Virus record (IMG/VR): IMGVR_UViG_3300032268_001296 | Location: 32,001-96,000 of that record | Reading direction: 5' to 3' (one strand) | Length of the DNA: 64,000 bases | Source: a virus | Shown: positions 17,948 to 27,828 of the stretch, in pieces | Layout of the letters: every line of letters begins with the position of its first letter | Position numbering within the stretch: position 1 is the first letter of the stretch | Notes under the pieces: model-generated | The model's input: the letters and a program-made list of their open reading frames with translations, nothing else | Told to the model about the DNA's origin: nothing | Databases searched by the model: none | Program-made: the position numbers and the translations under genes

Positions 17948-18983
17948 GCTCAAGTTTATACTCGTTCAAATCATTTGCAACCATTTTTTTGACCAAATCT
18001 TTGAACGAAGTTTTTGGAGTCCAACCTAATTCATTGCGAGCTTTAGTAGAATCTCCCAATAAAAGTTCCACTTCTGCTGGTCTATGAAACTTAGAATTAA
18101 TAACTAAAAGAACTCTACCAGTTTCGTTTTGACGAAATTCTTCTTGCAAACCATCGCCAAACCAAGTTCCTTTTATTCCAGCAGCTTCAAACGCTAATTC
18201 AACGAATTCACGAATGGAGTGGGTTTCATTGGAAGATAAAACGTATTCCTTTGGTTCTTTTTGATTAAGCATTTTCCAAACTCCATCTACAAAATCTTCT
18301 GCATCACTCCAATCTCTAAGCGCATCTAGATTACCTAATTCAAGAAGAGAAAAGGATTCTTGTTTGTCTATTGCGTTTTTTATTCTCGCTACATTTTTAG
18401 TGATTTTGCGAGTTACAAATTCTTCTCCTCTGCGAGTGCCTTCGTGATTGAATAACCAGCCCTGAATTGCATAAAGATCATACGAGTCTCTATATACTTT
18501 AACCAAATGTCGAGCAGAGGCTTTTGCTGCTCCATAAGGACTACGTGGACGAAGAGGATGCTCCTCTGACTGAGGAACAGTCACTACGTCGCCAAACTCT
18601 TCAGAAGAGCCAGCATTGTAGTATTTACACTTTGGAGCAAATTTTCTAATAGCTTCTAGTTGATACAAAACTGGCATACAGTTTGTATTAAAGTGATGTG
18701 TTGCCATAGTCCAGCTATTACCGACAAAAGAATTTGCAGCAAAATTAATAAAATAATCTGGTTTTTCTTGCCTTATTATTTCTTCAACATTTCCCTGATC
18801 AGTTATATCCAGATCGACTAACTTAAATCTTGGATTATGTATGAGATTTTGAATGTTTTTATGATTTGGAACACTCAATCTTCTTACTCCACCAATAATG
18901 ATATGATTTGTATTTTTGATGAGGTATTCCGCCAAGAATGAGCCGTCTTGACCTGTTACTCCAGTTATGATTATTTTTTTCAT
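17934..18983 (-). CDS. gmd: GDP-mannose 4,6-dehydratase
   Basis: ITGVTGQDGS, SSEEFG, PRSPYGAAK, LFNHE, FVTRKIT, RPAEVELLLGD. Confidence 0.95.
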   Translation of the reverse strand: MKKIIITGVTGQDGSFLAEYLIKNTNHIIIGGVRRLSVPNHKNIQNLIHNPRFKLVDLDITDQGNVEEIIRQEKPDYFINFAANSFVGNSWTMATHHFNTNCMPVLYQLEAIRKFAPKCKYYNAGSSEEFGDVVTVPQSEEHPLRPRSPYGAAKASARHLVKVYRDSYDLYAIQGWLFNHEGTRRGEEFVTRKITKNVARIKNAIDKQESFSLLELGNLDALRDWSDAEDFVDGVWKMLNQKEPKEYVLSSNETHSIREFVELAFEAAGIKGTWFGDGLQEEFRQNETGRVLLVINSKFHRPAEVELLLGDSTKARNELGWTPKTSFKDLVKKMVANDLNEYKLEHGQV

Positions 18984-19459
18984 GAATCTCTTTTACTTAA
19001 AATAGGATTATCAATTGGCCAATGAATATTATATTTTGGATCATTCCATTTTAATGTGAATTGATCGTCGCAGTCAATATAATTTCCATCATATGATAAT
19101 TTATAATTATAAACGCAAAAATCAGAAAGAACCAAAAAACTATTTCCAAATCCAGCTGGGATTAATAATTGTTTTTTATTTTCAGAACTTAAAATGAAAG
19201 TTTTATGCTTTTCAAAATCTTTTGAATCTTTTCTATTATCTACTATTACAACAAAAATTTTGCCCCAAAGACATGTTATTAATTTTGTTGTAGAAAAATC
19301 TCCGTGAATTCCTACTAAGCTATTTTTGCATCTAGTAGCGATTTTATCATGATTGAATTTAATTTGATGATCTTTTTGATCAAAAATAGTATAAATCTCT
19401 CCTCTAAAATCTTCGAAAGATGTAAGTGTATATTCTTTTATATCGTTCAAGCTTTTCAT
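18980..19459 (-). CDS. rmlC: NDP-4-keto-6-deoxysugar 3,5-epimerase (RmlC cupin)
   Basis: FEDFRG, GIHG, KLITCLWG, LLIPAGFGNSFLVLSD, WNDP...WP; ATGA-coupled start. Confidence 0.85.
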   Translation of the reverse strand: MKSLNDIKEYTLTSFEDFRGEIYTIFDQKDHQIKFNHDKIATRCKNSLVGIHGDFSTTKLITCLWGKIFVVIVDNRKDSKDFEKHKTFILSSENKKQLLIPAGFGNSFLVLSDFCVYNYKLSYDGNYIDCDDQFTLKWNDPKYNIHWPIDNPILSKRDS

Positions 19460-20367
19460 ATTGGCTTCCATATTACGAGGGTGTGACCTTCTATGAATTT
19501 ACTTCCATAATTAAGGCGCTTTACATCTAAGATAATAATTTTCTCTTCTTTTTCAAGTTCTCGAAGTCTTGTTAAATAATTTTTTAAATAATTGCGTTTT
19601 TCAAAATATTTCTTTGTAAGATAATCTTGCAAAATATTATCGTCTAAAACTTCAGAAATAGGCTCAAAATTAATACAAAGATCTGGCTTTTTATCAAGAA
19701 TATAATTAATAAATTTATCGTGTTTTTCTCCAATTTGTTCTAGAGATGCTACTGTATAAATGCATGAGCCAGAAATATCTACTGAATAATCTGGATCAAA
19801 ATAATTAAAATTTTTAGCATCTACATTTTTTATTTGATTAGATTCGCAATAAGAGCGAATAGCTTGCTGAGATGAATCCGTCCAATCTAGACCGCAAAAT
19901 TGTTTATCTCCCCATTCTTTTCTCAAACGGAAAAGATGATATCCTGTTCCACAACCAAATTCAAATATTTTGTCAAACTTTTCTGCATATTCAAAAAGTA
20001 CAGCATCAACAAAAAAAGAATTTAACTGGTAATCAAAATCTTGAATATAATTTTTAATAATTTTGCCATTAAATTTAGCAATATTATTTTTCGTATGATA
20101 CTTTGGAATTAATGAAGAAAATTCACCAGAATCTACGAACTCGGAAACATTTTCAGCCCAACCTCTTTCCCATTGATCTTTACGCGAATCTCCTGCTTGA
20201 ATCAAGTCTTTGTTAAGGGTTTTGATATATTCGAGAATATAGTCTTTAAGATCCTCGATTGAAAGATAATTATAGATCAAGCGCGAACTTGCTATTCTTT
20301 TAATCAAATTTCTATTCTTGATTCGGAATCCTAAACTTTTTTCAATTGTTTTTTTATTGACTATCAT
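19456..20367 (-). CDS. Class I SAM-dependent methyltransferase
   Basis: IFEFGCGTG, GLDW, SLEQ. Confidence 0.8.
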   Translation of the reverse strand: MIVNKKTIEKSLGFRIKNRNLIKRIASSRLIYNYLSIEDLKDYILEYIKTLNKDLIQAGDSRKDQWERGWAENVSEFVDSGEFSSLIPKYHTKNNIAKFNGKIIKNYIQDFDYQLNSFFVDAVLFEYAEKFDKIFEFGCGTGYHLFRLRKEWGDKQFCGLDWTDSSQQAIRSYCESNQIKNVDAKNFNYFDPDYSVDISGSCIYTVASLEQIGEKHDKFINYILDKKPDLCINFEPISEVLDDNILQDYLTKKYFEKRNYLKNYLTRLRELEKEEKIIILDVKRLNYGSKFIEGHTLVIWKPI

Positions 20368-21274
20368 GAGCGAGATTTTTTATGCCTTGATATAAAGGAA
20401 TTGTGTTGAGCGTTCCAAATTCTTTTTCATATCTTTCGATAGATACTATAACATCTTTAGGGCTATCTTTAAAGCTATTTTTTGGATCGCCAAGTTTTAT
20501 TTTTCTACTAAATACGTCGGCAACAATTTGAGCTATTTCTTTAATTGTTGTTTTTTCTGATCCTCCAATGTTATATAGATTATTTTTACTAGATTTTGTA
20601 ATATTAGCAATAGCTGTTATACAATCATCGATATGGATATACCTTCGGATCGCTGAGCCATCATCCATTAATTGGATATCCCCGCTTCTAGCCTTGTTTA
20701 TGAACTCTGAAAGGACTCGTTTATCGTCTTCTTTGAATCCCTTACCGTAGCAAAGGCATATTCTCAAACTTTTAGCTTCAATCCTAGAATTAAAACTTAA
20801 AATAGACTCACCAAAAAGTTTACTAAGAATATAACAATTTCTTGAGTTATGAGGGTTGATTGTGATTGGAGAGTCTTCGGTATTTAATTCTGATCCAGAA
20901 TATACTTCGCTACTACTCATAAAAATAAACTTCCCACCATCAATAACTTTTTCAGAAAGTTTTTGAGTCGATAGTGTATTTAAAGAAAAAGTCTTTTCTG
21001 GATTCATGCAAAACTTTTGCGGTTGACCATAACCAGCACAATGGAAAATGACATCAAACATTGGTAGCCTTTTGATGGCATCTAAGTCTGTTATGTCGAA
21101 ACGATTTAGGATAAATGAATTATTTTTAAAATCTTCTGCTATATCTGATAAATAGTTTAAAAAGATTTCACAATTACTTGATGATCTGATAGACTTAGCC
21201 AAATTCGAGCCAATAACCCCAGATCCACCAGTAATTAATATTTTTTTGTTATTTAAAAAAGAAAAACTATTCAT
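20354..21274 (-). CDS. NAD-dependent epimerase/dehydratase (extended SDR)
   Basis: LITGGSGVIG, SSSEVY, YILSK, RRYIHIDD, YNIGG. Confidence 0.9.
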   Translation of the reverse strand: MNSFSFLNNKKILITGGSGVIGSNLAKSIRSSSNCEIFLNYLSDIAEDFKNNSFILNRFDITDLDAIKRLPMFDVIFHCAGYGQPQKFCMNPEKTFSLNTLSTQKLSEKVIDGGKFIFMSSSEVYSGSELNTEDSPITINPHNSRNCYILSKLFGESILSFNSRIEAKSLRICLCYGKGFKEDDKRVLSEFINKARSGDIQLMDDGSAIRRYIHIDDCITAIANITKSSKNNLYNIGGSEKTTIKEIAQIVADVFSRKIKLGDPKNSFKDSPKDVIVSIERYEKEFGTLNTIPLYQGIKNLAHDSQ

Positions 21275-21993
21275 AAATTTTGCTCTACAGTCAATATATT
21301 AGATTCGGAATATTCTTTCACTTCATCATTTCTTGTTAAAGAAAATTGATTATTTTCAGACCAAAGATTAATTATAACTGGCCTATCTACACCCCAAAAT
21401 TTACTGCATAGACTGCTATTATCTTTTTTTTGAAATTCAGTATTTTCATTGCAGATATAATCAACAAATACTGTTTTATACCCAGCTAAAGAAAGCCTCA
21501 TATATAAATCTAATTCACCCATTACTCCCATAAATCTTCTATCTATTCCTCCAACTTTTTTATAAGCCTCTCTAGGGTAGAGCCCACAGACAGGCAAAAG
21601 AGGTAAATAATTTGAAGCTTGACCAGCAATATTTTGATATTGAGTATAATCGAGATGTATATCTTGATAGTAATGACATGTGGCCATAGAACTTGGATTA
21701 TTTTTTACCACATCATACATTGCTTCAATAGCTCCATCTTGGTAATCAATATCATCTACAATCTGCAATAACATTTCTCCTTCACAAAAAAATGCTGAAG
21801 CGTGTTGGCATTGAGATGGCTTTAAATCACTTTTAAAAAATCTAATTTCAGGCGGCAATTCAAAATCTGGTTCAATTGGACCAACAATTACTATTTCAAA
21901 ATTTAAATTTGTTTTAGCAATCATTTCGTGTATTCTCATCCATCTATAGGGTCTAATAGATGTCATATAAGCACTAATATTAATTTTTTTCAT
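21271..21993 (-). CDS. GT-A (GT2-like) glycosyltransferase
   Basis: FEIVIVG, QIVDDID, KVGGIDRRF, ELDLYMRL. Confidence 0.7.
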   Translation of the reverse strand: MKKINISAYMTSIRPYRWMRIHEMIAKTNLNFEIVIVGPIEPDFELPPEIRFFKSDLKPSQCQHASAFFCEGEMLLQIVDDIDYQDGAIEAMYDVVKNNPSSMATCHYYQDIHLDYTQYQNIAGQASNYLPLLPVCGLYPREAYKKVGGIDRRFMGVMGELDLYMRLSLAGYKTVFVDYICNENTEFQKKDNSSLCSKFWGVDRPVIINLWSENNQFSLTRNDEVKEYSESNILTVEQNL

Positions 21994-22873
21994 AAATTTT
22001 TTGTAACTGTTTGATTATTGATTCATCATCAAATTGCAAATAACAATCTATATTTTCTTTTTTTCCATATTTTTCAATAAATAATTTAGGAATTGAAATA
22101 CAATTTATTGACTCTATGTTTTTAACACTTGTCGCTATTTTAGATAAAATACCAGAATCATAACATGGTTCTATTATTGTTATATTTTTGATAATATCGT
22201 TATTGTATATAATGCTATTTAATTTAAAAATATCAAATTCTGAAATATTTGTTGTATATAAAATGGTACAATTTAAATTTGACAATTTATTAAAGTCTTT
22301 TATTGCATTTCCAACAATAATACATATGCCATTTTTATTTAAATTCAAAATCTCAAGGTCTTCATAATTATTTTTTATTAAATTTAAATTATTTTCAGTT
22401 TCTGATAATCTAATATATTTAGGATGTTTGATATTAATATTTTCATTAATAATATTTTCTACATCTTTTGAATTTCCAGGACAATATGTTTTAAAATTTG
22501 GTATAGATGAAATTATTCTAAGATCATTTGGACAATGGTGAGTACATCCTAATGCTGCATAATCATATGAATTGCCGACACTAACAACAAAAGCATTTAC
22601 ATCTTCATACCCAAAATTTAATTTTAATTGTTCATAACATCTTTCTGTTATGAACGGAGCTATTGAATGAATAAATGGTATAAATCCACTTTTAGATAGT
22701 CCACAAGCAACTCCAATCATTGATTGCTCCATAATACCCATGTTATATATTCTTCTGCAATCTAAATCAAAACTATCTTTAAATGAAAAAACTCCTATAT
22801 CTCCTAATAAAATAGATATTTTTTCATTATTTTTAAATAATTTATTAAGATAATTATAAAAATGTTTTCTCAT
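21980..22873 (-). CDS. Transketolase C-terminal (pyrimidine-binding) subunit
   Basis: LLGDIG, NMGIMEQSMIGVACG, RCYEQ, LGCTHH, PKYIRL. Confidence 0.9.
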   Translation of the reverse strand: MRKHFYNYLNKLFKNNEKISILLGDIGVFSFKDSFDLDCRRIYNMGIMEQSMIGVACGLSKSGFIPFIHSIAPFITERCYEQLKLNFGYEDVNAFVVSVGNSYDYAALGCTHHCPNDLRIISSIPNFKTYCPGNSKDVENIINENINIKHPKYIRLSETENNLNLIKNNYEDLEILNLNKNGICIIVGNAIKDFNKLSNLNCTILYTTNISEFDIFKLNSIIYNNDIIKNITIIEPCYDSGILSKIATSVKNIESINCISIPKLFIEKYGKKENIDCYLQFDDESIIKQLQKIYEKN

Positions 22874-22879
22874 ATTGAT

Positions 22880-23620
22880 TTATAAGTTATTTATTATATT
22901 CAGATATTCAATTTCTGATGATGGATATTTATGGTGCCATTCTGGATTGTTTTCCATTATTTTACATCCAAAACCTTTAACAGTATTTAATTGAACGAAT
23001 TTTGGCAATTCATTATTTTCAAATTTATTAAAAATTTTTGATATAGATTTTTGATTATTTCCATTTTTTACTAAAAATGATTCCCATCCAAATGATTTAA
23101 ATTTATTAACACAAGAATCTAGTTTAATAGCTCTTTCGCCTGACTTATTAAAGTCCATGATACATATTAAATTATCTAATTTATAAGTAGATGCTATTAA
23201 TGCTGATTCCCAAATTGTGCCTTCATTAGCTTCTCCGTCGCCAATTAAACAATAAATATTACCAGATTCATTTTTCATTTTCTTTGCTAATGCTAATCCC
23301 ACGCAAAAAGGAAGTCCGTGGCCAAGTGATCCAGTAGATAATTTAATTTCTTTAATTTTTTTAGAAGAAGGATGCCCTCCTAAAATAGAACTCTCTTGAG
23401 AAAAACTATAAAAGTCATCTTCTGTTATAATTTGTTTTTCGAGAAAAATAGCATATAGAGCTAAACTTGCGTGACCTTTGCTCAGAACGAATTCATCATT
23501 ATCTGTTTTTTTATTGAAATATAAAAAGTACAAAAAATCTAATATAGAAAGAGCGCTAGCTATATGTCCTTCTTTATTTAAATAAGAAGTTTTTATTATA
23601 TTTTTTATAAGTTTTTTCAT
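22880..23620 (-). CDS. Transketolase N-terminal (ThDP-binding) subunit
   Basis: GHIASALS, LSKGHA, GSLGHG, GDGEANEG, TVKG, WHH. Confidence 0.92.
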   Translation of the reverse strand: MKKLIKNIIKTSYLNKEGHIASALSILDFLYFLYFNKKTDNDEFVLSKGHASLALYAIFLEKQIITEDDFYSFSQESSILGGHPSSKKIKEIKLSTGSLGHGLPFCVGLALAKKMKNESGNIYCLIGDGEANEGTIWESALIASTYKLDNLICIMDFNKSGERAIKLDSCVNKFKSFGWESFLVKNGNNQKSISKIFNKFENNELPKFVQLNTVKGFGCKIMENNPEWHHKYPSSEIEYLNIINNL

Positions 23621-24345
23621 TTATTAAGTAAATATTTATATTTTTCTTTAATTATTTCAGCTTCTTTTGAATTTGAAGATTGACTATTTGTAGATAAACC
23701 ATTTGGATTATAGTAATAAGATCCAATAATTTCATAAATCTTATCAAATCTTGCTCCTTGGCTTAAACATCTTAGCCAAAAATCGAAATCAGAAGCTGTT
23801 GGGTATTTATTATCAAAATAGCCTAACTTAGTATGAAGACTTTTTCTCCAAACGGGAAGGCAATGAGGAGAATTATTTATCATCATTGATTCTGGAGTTA
23901 CAATATCACATGGATATATATCTTTTAAGTTATTATCTTCAAAACTCTCATTTTCTTTATAACTCCATGCTACATAACCATAACAAATATCACATAGTGG
24001 ATTATTTTCCATATAGTCAATTTGTCTTTTTAATGAAAAATTACTTCTTCTATCATCTACATTCCAAATTGAAATAATATCTGAACTCGATAAAGTGATT
24101 CCAATATTTAGAGTATCAGTTACAGAAATTCTTTCTGGTAATTTTTTATATACAATGCTATTATGTTGATAGTTATTAATTATATCACTTGTCGAATCTG
24201 TAGAATCTGCATCAAGTAGTAAAATTTCTATTTCATTTATGCAATCTTGATTTAACACGTTTTTAAGAAACTGATGAAGAAATTTTTCACCATTATATAT
24301 TGAACAAATTACCGTAGCCCTAGGTTTAAATTTAAATTTATTCAT
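23617..24345 (-). CDS. GT2 glycosyltransferase
   Basis: SIYNGEKF, DADSTD, WNVDD, DFDFWLR. Confidence 0.88.
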   Translation of the reverse strand: MNKFKFKPRATVICSIYNGEKFLHQFLKNVLNQDCINEIEILLLDADSTDSTSDIINNYQHNSIVYKKLPERISVTDTLNIGITLSSSDIISIWNVDDRRSNFSLKRQIDYMENNPLCDICYGYVAWSYKENESFEDNNLKDIYPCDIVTPESMMINNSPHCLPVWRKSLHTKLGYFDNKYPTASDFDFWLRCLSQGARFDKIYEIIGSYYYNPNGLSTNSQSSNSKEAEIIKEKYKYLLNK

Positions 24346-24347
24346 TT

Positions 24348-25148
24348 TTATAAAAGTTGTTGTTTTGCTGCTTTTTTAAATGAGTCTAAGTCGGATTGAC
24401 TAAGGTATATGTTTACGTAAACTTTAGAGCGAGGCAATACATAAATTTTCCCATATCTAGATATGTCATAACACATATTCACATGATCACAATGAAAGTC
24501 GCTATGCCATCTAACTTTATTAAAAATATCTGATTTAATAAAAGCGAAACCACCAAAAGAACTCATTGTTATGATTGGCTTTCCTAATGACCAGTTAAAT
24601 CTATCTTCTTCTCTAATAAATGGAGAATCACTCCAGTATAATCCAGCATTACCATATGCATCTCTAAATGCATACGTATCATAATATGAATCTAATGAGC
24701 TATTGAAAGTTAAATCTGCTATATTTTGTCTAACATTGGCTGTAACCATAACAGCATCATCTAATTGATTTATGTTTTCGAAATGCATCAGAAAATTATC
24801 ATTATTGAATTCTATGTCAGAATCAATCAATAAAGAATAGTCAAACTGATTTTCTTGAGCTAGACTTTTGCATTTATTTCTACACTCGCAAAGAAATTTC
24901 ATTCTTTCTGGATCGGCAGTACTTCCAAATTTAGGAGCATTTAAAATCTCAGACAAAAAAGACCCATTTCTTTTACTCATCCATTCAGATAAAATTTCAA
25001 CTGTTTTGTCTTTAGAGTCATTCTCGTAAAAAAAATAAGAGAACTCAAAGCCATCAATAGACTCTAAATCCTCTAATTGTTTGAGAGTTTTAAAAATTGT
25101 CTGTTCTGAATCTCTCCAAATACAAAATACTGATACTTTTTTAACCAT
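24348..25148 (-). CDS. GT-A glycosyltransferase (CAP59/Anp1-like)
   Basis: YENDSKDKT, LCECRN, IDSDI, YYDTYAFRD, SSFGG, CDHV. Confidence 0.7.
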   Translation of the reverse strand: MVKKVSVFCIWRDSEQTIFKTLKQLEDLESIDGFEFSYFFYENDSKDKTVEILSEWMSKRNGSFLSEILNAPKFGSTADPERMKFLCECRNKCKSLAQENQFDYSLLIDSDIEFNNDNFLMHFENINQLDDAVMVTANVRQNIADLTFNSSLDSYYDTYAFRDAYGNAGLYWSDSPFIREEDRFNWSLGKPIITMSSFGGFAFIKSDIFNKVRWHSDFHCDHVNMCYDISRYGKIYVLPRSKVYVNIYLSQSDLDSFKKAAKQQLL

Positions 25149-25168
25149 GCTCAATGCATGATAATAAA

Positions 25169-26140
25169 TCAGAGATCGTCTTCTTCAATAAAAACTTGAA
25201 CCTCTGACAAATATGTCCACTCTCCAAGGATTTCTTCTTGATCTACAAAGGTAGAATCATCCCAATCCCATTCTGTATCATCTTCATCACTCAAAAGAAT
25301 TTCTTCTGAAGCTAGAGAAGAAACAGGTTTCTTACTCCAAAACTTACAGCTCCAGTAGCGAGCTTTCCACTTTGGCCCAACATTGGTATCGCATTGATGA
25401 CGGGCTCTGAAATTTTTTCTGCGATTTGGATCGTCTCTTCGAATTTCCATATTTGGATCTCCAAACTTGACCATAACAACGTTCCCCTTGTCATTCTTAA
25501 CATATACGCCGAATTTCTTATTCGATCCGCTAGGAAGCCTGAACGGCTTGTTAAGAGTCTTCTTTTCAGCTTCGGAATAATCTATATCAAATAAATCGAT
25601 ATTAGCTTCTTCATCAAGATCAACATTCGCTTTGATCAAATCAATTCGAGCTAAATCAAAATCAATAGAATCAAACTGCCAAAAAACATCTTCTGGTTTT
25701 TGCTCGTAATACAACTCCTCGCCCTTAGCGACATCTTGATCTGCGGCACGATAAGAATCTTTCACTTTTCCACCTCTCATCATCTTCAAAAACATATTTA
25801 CTCTAGCCATAGCCCAACTACTTCTGCTTTGACCTGGACGATGAGAAGACGAAAAAGCTCCAAGACCTCTTCTATAAACTTTCTTTAATTGAGATAAAGA
25901 AACTTTCTTTTCGTACTTTTCATTATGAGAATTGACTTTTTCCTGAAGAGAATTAACAACTTTTTCAGCAAATTCTATTTTCCCGCCATCAGTTCCAGCA
26001 GATCCTTTTTTGTTTTTATCTGAACCTGTTTTTTGATCTGATTTTGGAGCGGGAGTTTGAGCTGCGCTTTTTGGCCCAGATCTTTTTGCTTCTGAGTTAT
26101 CAAATAACTCTTTAATTTTTAAAGAAAAGTCAACTTCCAT
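25169..26140 (-). CDS. Modular basic/acidic phage protein (possible capsid-internal DNA-binding protein)
   Basis: Basic modules KKVYRRGLGA...HRPG...WAMARVN and LNKPFR...VKFGD...RRKNFRARHQC...ARYWSC separated by acidic linkers; GTGTAA 12 nt upstream. Confidence 0.55.
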   Translation of the reverse strand: MEVDFSLKIKELFDNSEAKRSGPKSAAQTPAPKSDQKTGSDKNKKGSAGTDGGKIEFAEKVVNSLQEKVNSHNEKYEKKVSLSQLKKVYRRGLGAFSSSHRPGQSRSSWAMARVNMFLKMMRGGKVKDSYRAADQDVAKGEELYYEQKPEDVFWQFDSIDFDLARIDLIKANVDLDEEANIDLFDIDYSEAEKKTLNKPFRLPSGSNKKFGVYVKNDKGNVVMVKFGDPNMEIRRDDPNRRKNFRARHQCDTNVGPKWKARYWSCKFWSKKPVSSLASEEILLSDEDDTEWDWDDSTFVDQEEILGEWTYLSEVQVFIEEDDL

Positions 26141-26170
26141 ATATAAGATATATTACACTTTTTTTTTGTT

Positions 26171-27823
26171 TTATGCCTCACAAGTTTTGCAAGACATGAT
26201 AGAACGAGCTAATTCTTGAGCTGGATTAGCGCTTCTTTGGTAATACATGCCCTTGATTCCATTTTCCCAAGCAAAAATCATTAATTCATTTACATCTTTT
26301 GGAGATGCATTTGGAGGAATCATGATATTTAAGCTCTGTCCTTGATCAATACTCTTTTGTCTTTGCGCTGCTTGAATAACGATTTCTTTTTGAGAAATCT
26401 CTCCAAAAGTTTTGAAAACTTCTTTTTCTTGCTCAGTTAAGAAATCAAGATGCTGAACACTTCCACCGTGAACTAGAATAGATTTCCAAATTTCAGTAGT
26501 GTCAAAACCTTTAGAATTTAGAAGCTCTTTCAAGTGTGGGTTTTTGTAAGTGAATTTTCCCTTTGCAAGATCTTTTACAAAGTAGTTGCTGTTTAATGGT
26601 TCAATCGACGGAGAAACTTGTCCTAAGATAAAAGAACTTGATGTTGTTGGAGCAACAGCCAAAGTCGTAGAATTTCTGCGACCATAACCGTTTAGCAGAG
26701 GAGCTTCGCCGAACAACTTAGAAAGCTCTTCGGAAGCTTTGTCTGCGCGAGTTCTAATGCTTTTCCAAATTGAAGAATTCAGAAGCTTAGCATCCATAGA
26801 TTCAAAGCTAATCATCTTCGATTGAAGGTATGTGTGCCAACCTAAGACACCAACTCCAAGAGCACGCTGATTAATAGCGAAACGTCGTGGAGCTTCCATA
26901 AACGGCATATCCTGCGTTTTGTTAATAAACTCGGTCATAACCGCGTCCAAGAAGAAAACAAGAGTTTCTACAGCATCTGTCTTTTCAATTTCATCCCACT
27001 TTTCAAGATTCAGAGAAGACAGGTTACAAACAAAAGATTCATCTTCGGAACTCGAAAGCATGATTTCATTGCAAAGGTTACTTGCATTGATCTTAAGATT
27101 TTTATCCTTATACACTTGTGGAGCTTGATTGTTAGCATTATCAGAAAAGAACAAATATGGATATCCACTTTCAAATCTCTTCTTAATGACAAGACCCCAA
27201 ATCTTTCGAAGATCTTTATCTCCATCAAGCATCTTCTTCATCCATTCATCAGAAACACAAACACCAATAGACATTTCTTGAATTTCATGACCATCAGAAC
27301 GAATTTTCAAGAATTCTTCAATATCTGGATGATCAATCGGAAGATAAGCTGCAAAAGATCCTCTGCGAACGTTGCCCTGAGATACAACATTCATAAGCTT
27401 ATCGTAAAGCTCCATGAAATGCACAGCTCCAGTTGATTCGCCTCCAGAACTAATTGGCGCTCCTCGTCCACGAAGCTCTCCAAAGTATGCAGAGGTGCCA
27501 CCTCCAGCTTTCGTCATCATTGCGACTTCGGAAAGCTTATGCCCAGCAATCTGCTCCAGCTTATCAGAGATATAAGAACCAAAACAGCTAATAGGCAATC
27601 CTCTTGATCTTCCGAAATTACTCCAAATTGGAGAAGACAAAGAATAAAAACCACGAGACATATAAAATTCGAATTTTTCTGCAAAACCAGAGATGCCTAG
27701 AAGGTTCTCAGCTGTGTTCGCGATTTCTAAAATTCTTTGCTCGGCGGTTTCGCCAGCAAGCAAGTAACCTCTCTCAAGAAACTTTCTTGAGTCTGCATTA
27801 AGCCAATAGTATTTTTCAGTCAT
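26171..27823 (-). CDS. nrdA: Ribonucleotide reductase class Ia alpha subunit (compact, no ATP cone)
   Basis: PISCF, GGGTS, QGNVRRG, SNLCNE, CNLSSLN, APTTSSS, YYQR, C-terminal CKTCEA. Confidence 0.95.
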   Translation of the reverse strand: MTEKYYWLNADSRKFLERGYLLAGETAEQRILEIANTAENLLGISGFAEKFEFYMSRGFYSLSSPIWSNFGRSRGLPISCFGSYISDKLEQIAGHKLSEVAMMTKAGGGTSAYFGELRGRGAPISSGGESTGAVHFMELYDKLMNVVSQGNVRRGSFAAYLPIDHPDIEEFLKIRSDGHEIQEMSIGVCVSDEWMKKMLDGDKDLRKIWGLVIKKRFESGYPYLFFSDNANNQAPQVYKDKNLKINASNLCNEIMLSSSEDESFVCNLSSLNLEKWDEIEKTDAVETLVFFLDAVMTEFINKTQDMPFMEAPRRFAINQRALGVGVLGWHTYLQSKMISFESMDAKLLNSSIWKSIRTRADKASEELSKLFGEAPLLNGYGRRNSTTLAVAPTTSSSFILGQVSPSIEPLNSNYFVKDLAKGKFTYKNPHLKELLNSKGFDTTEIWKSILVHGGSVQHLDFLTEQEKEVFKTFGEISQKEIVIQAAQRQKSIDQGQSLNIMIPPNASPKDVNELMIFAWENGIKGMYYQRSANPAQELARSIMSCKTCEA

Positions 27824-27828
27824 ATATT

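Noticed and set aside
21980-23620. Transketolase as a central-carbon auxiliary metabolic gene
   Set aside because: Short split form embedded among NDP-sugar enzymes and glycosyltransferases points to glycan biosynthesis
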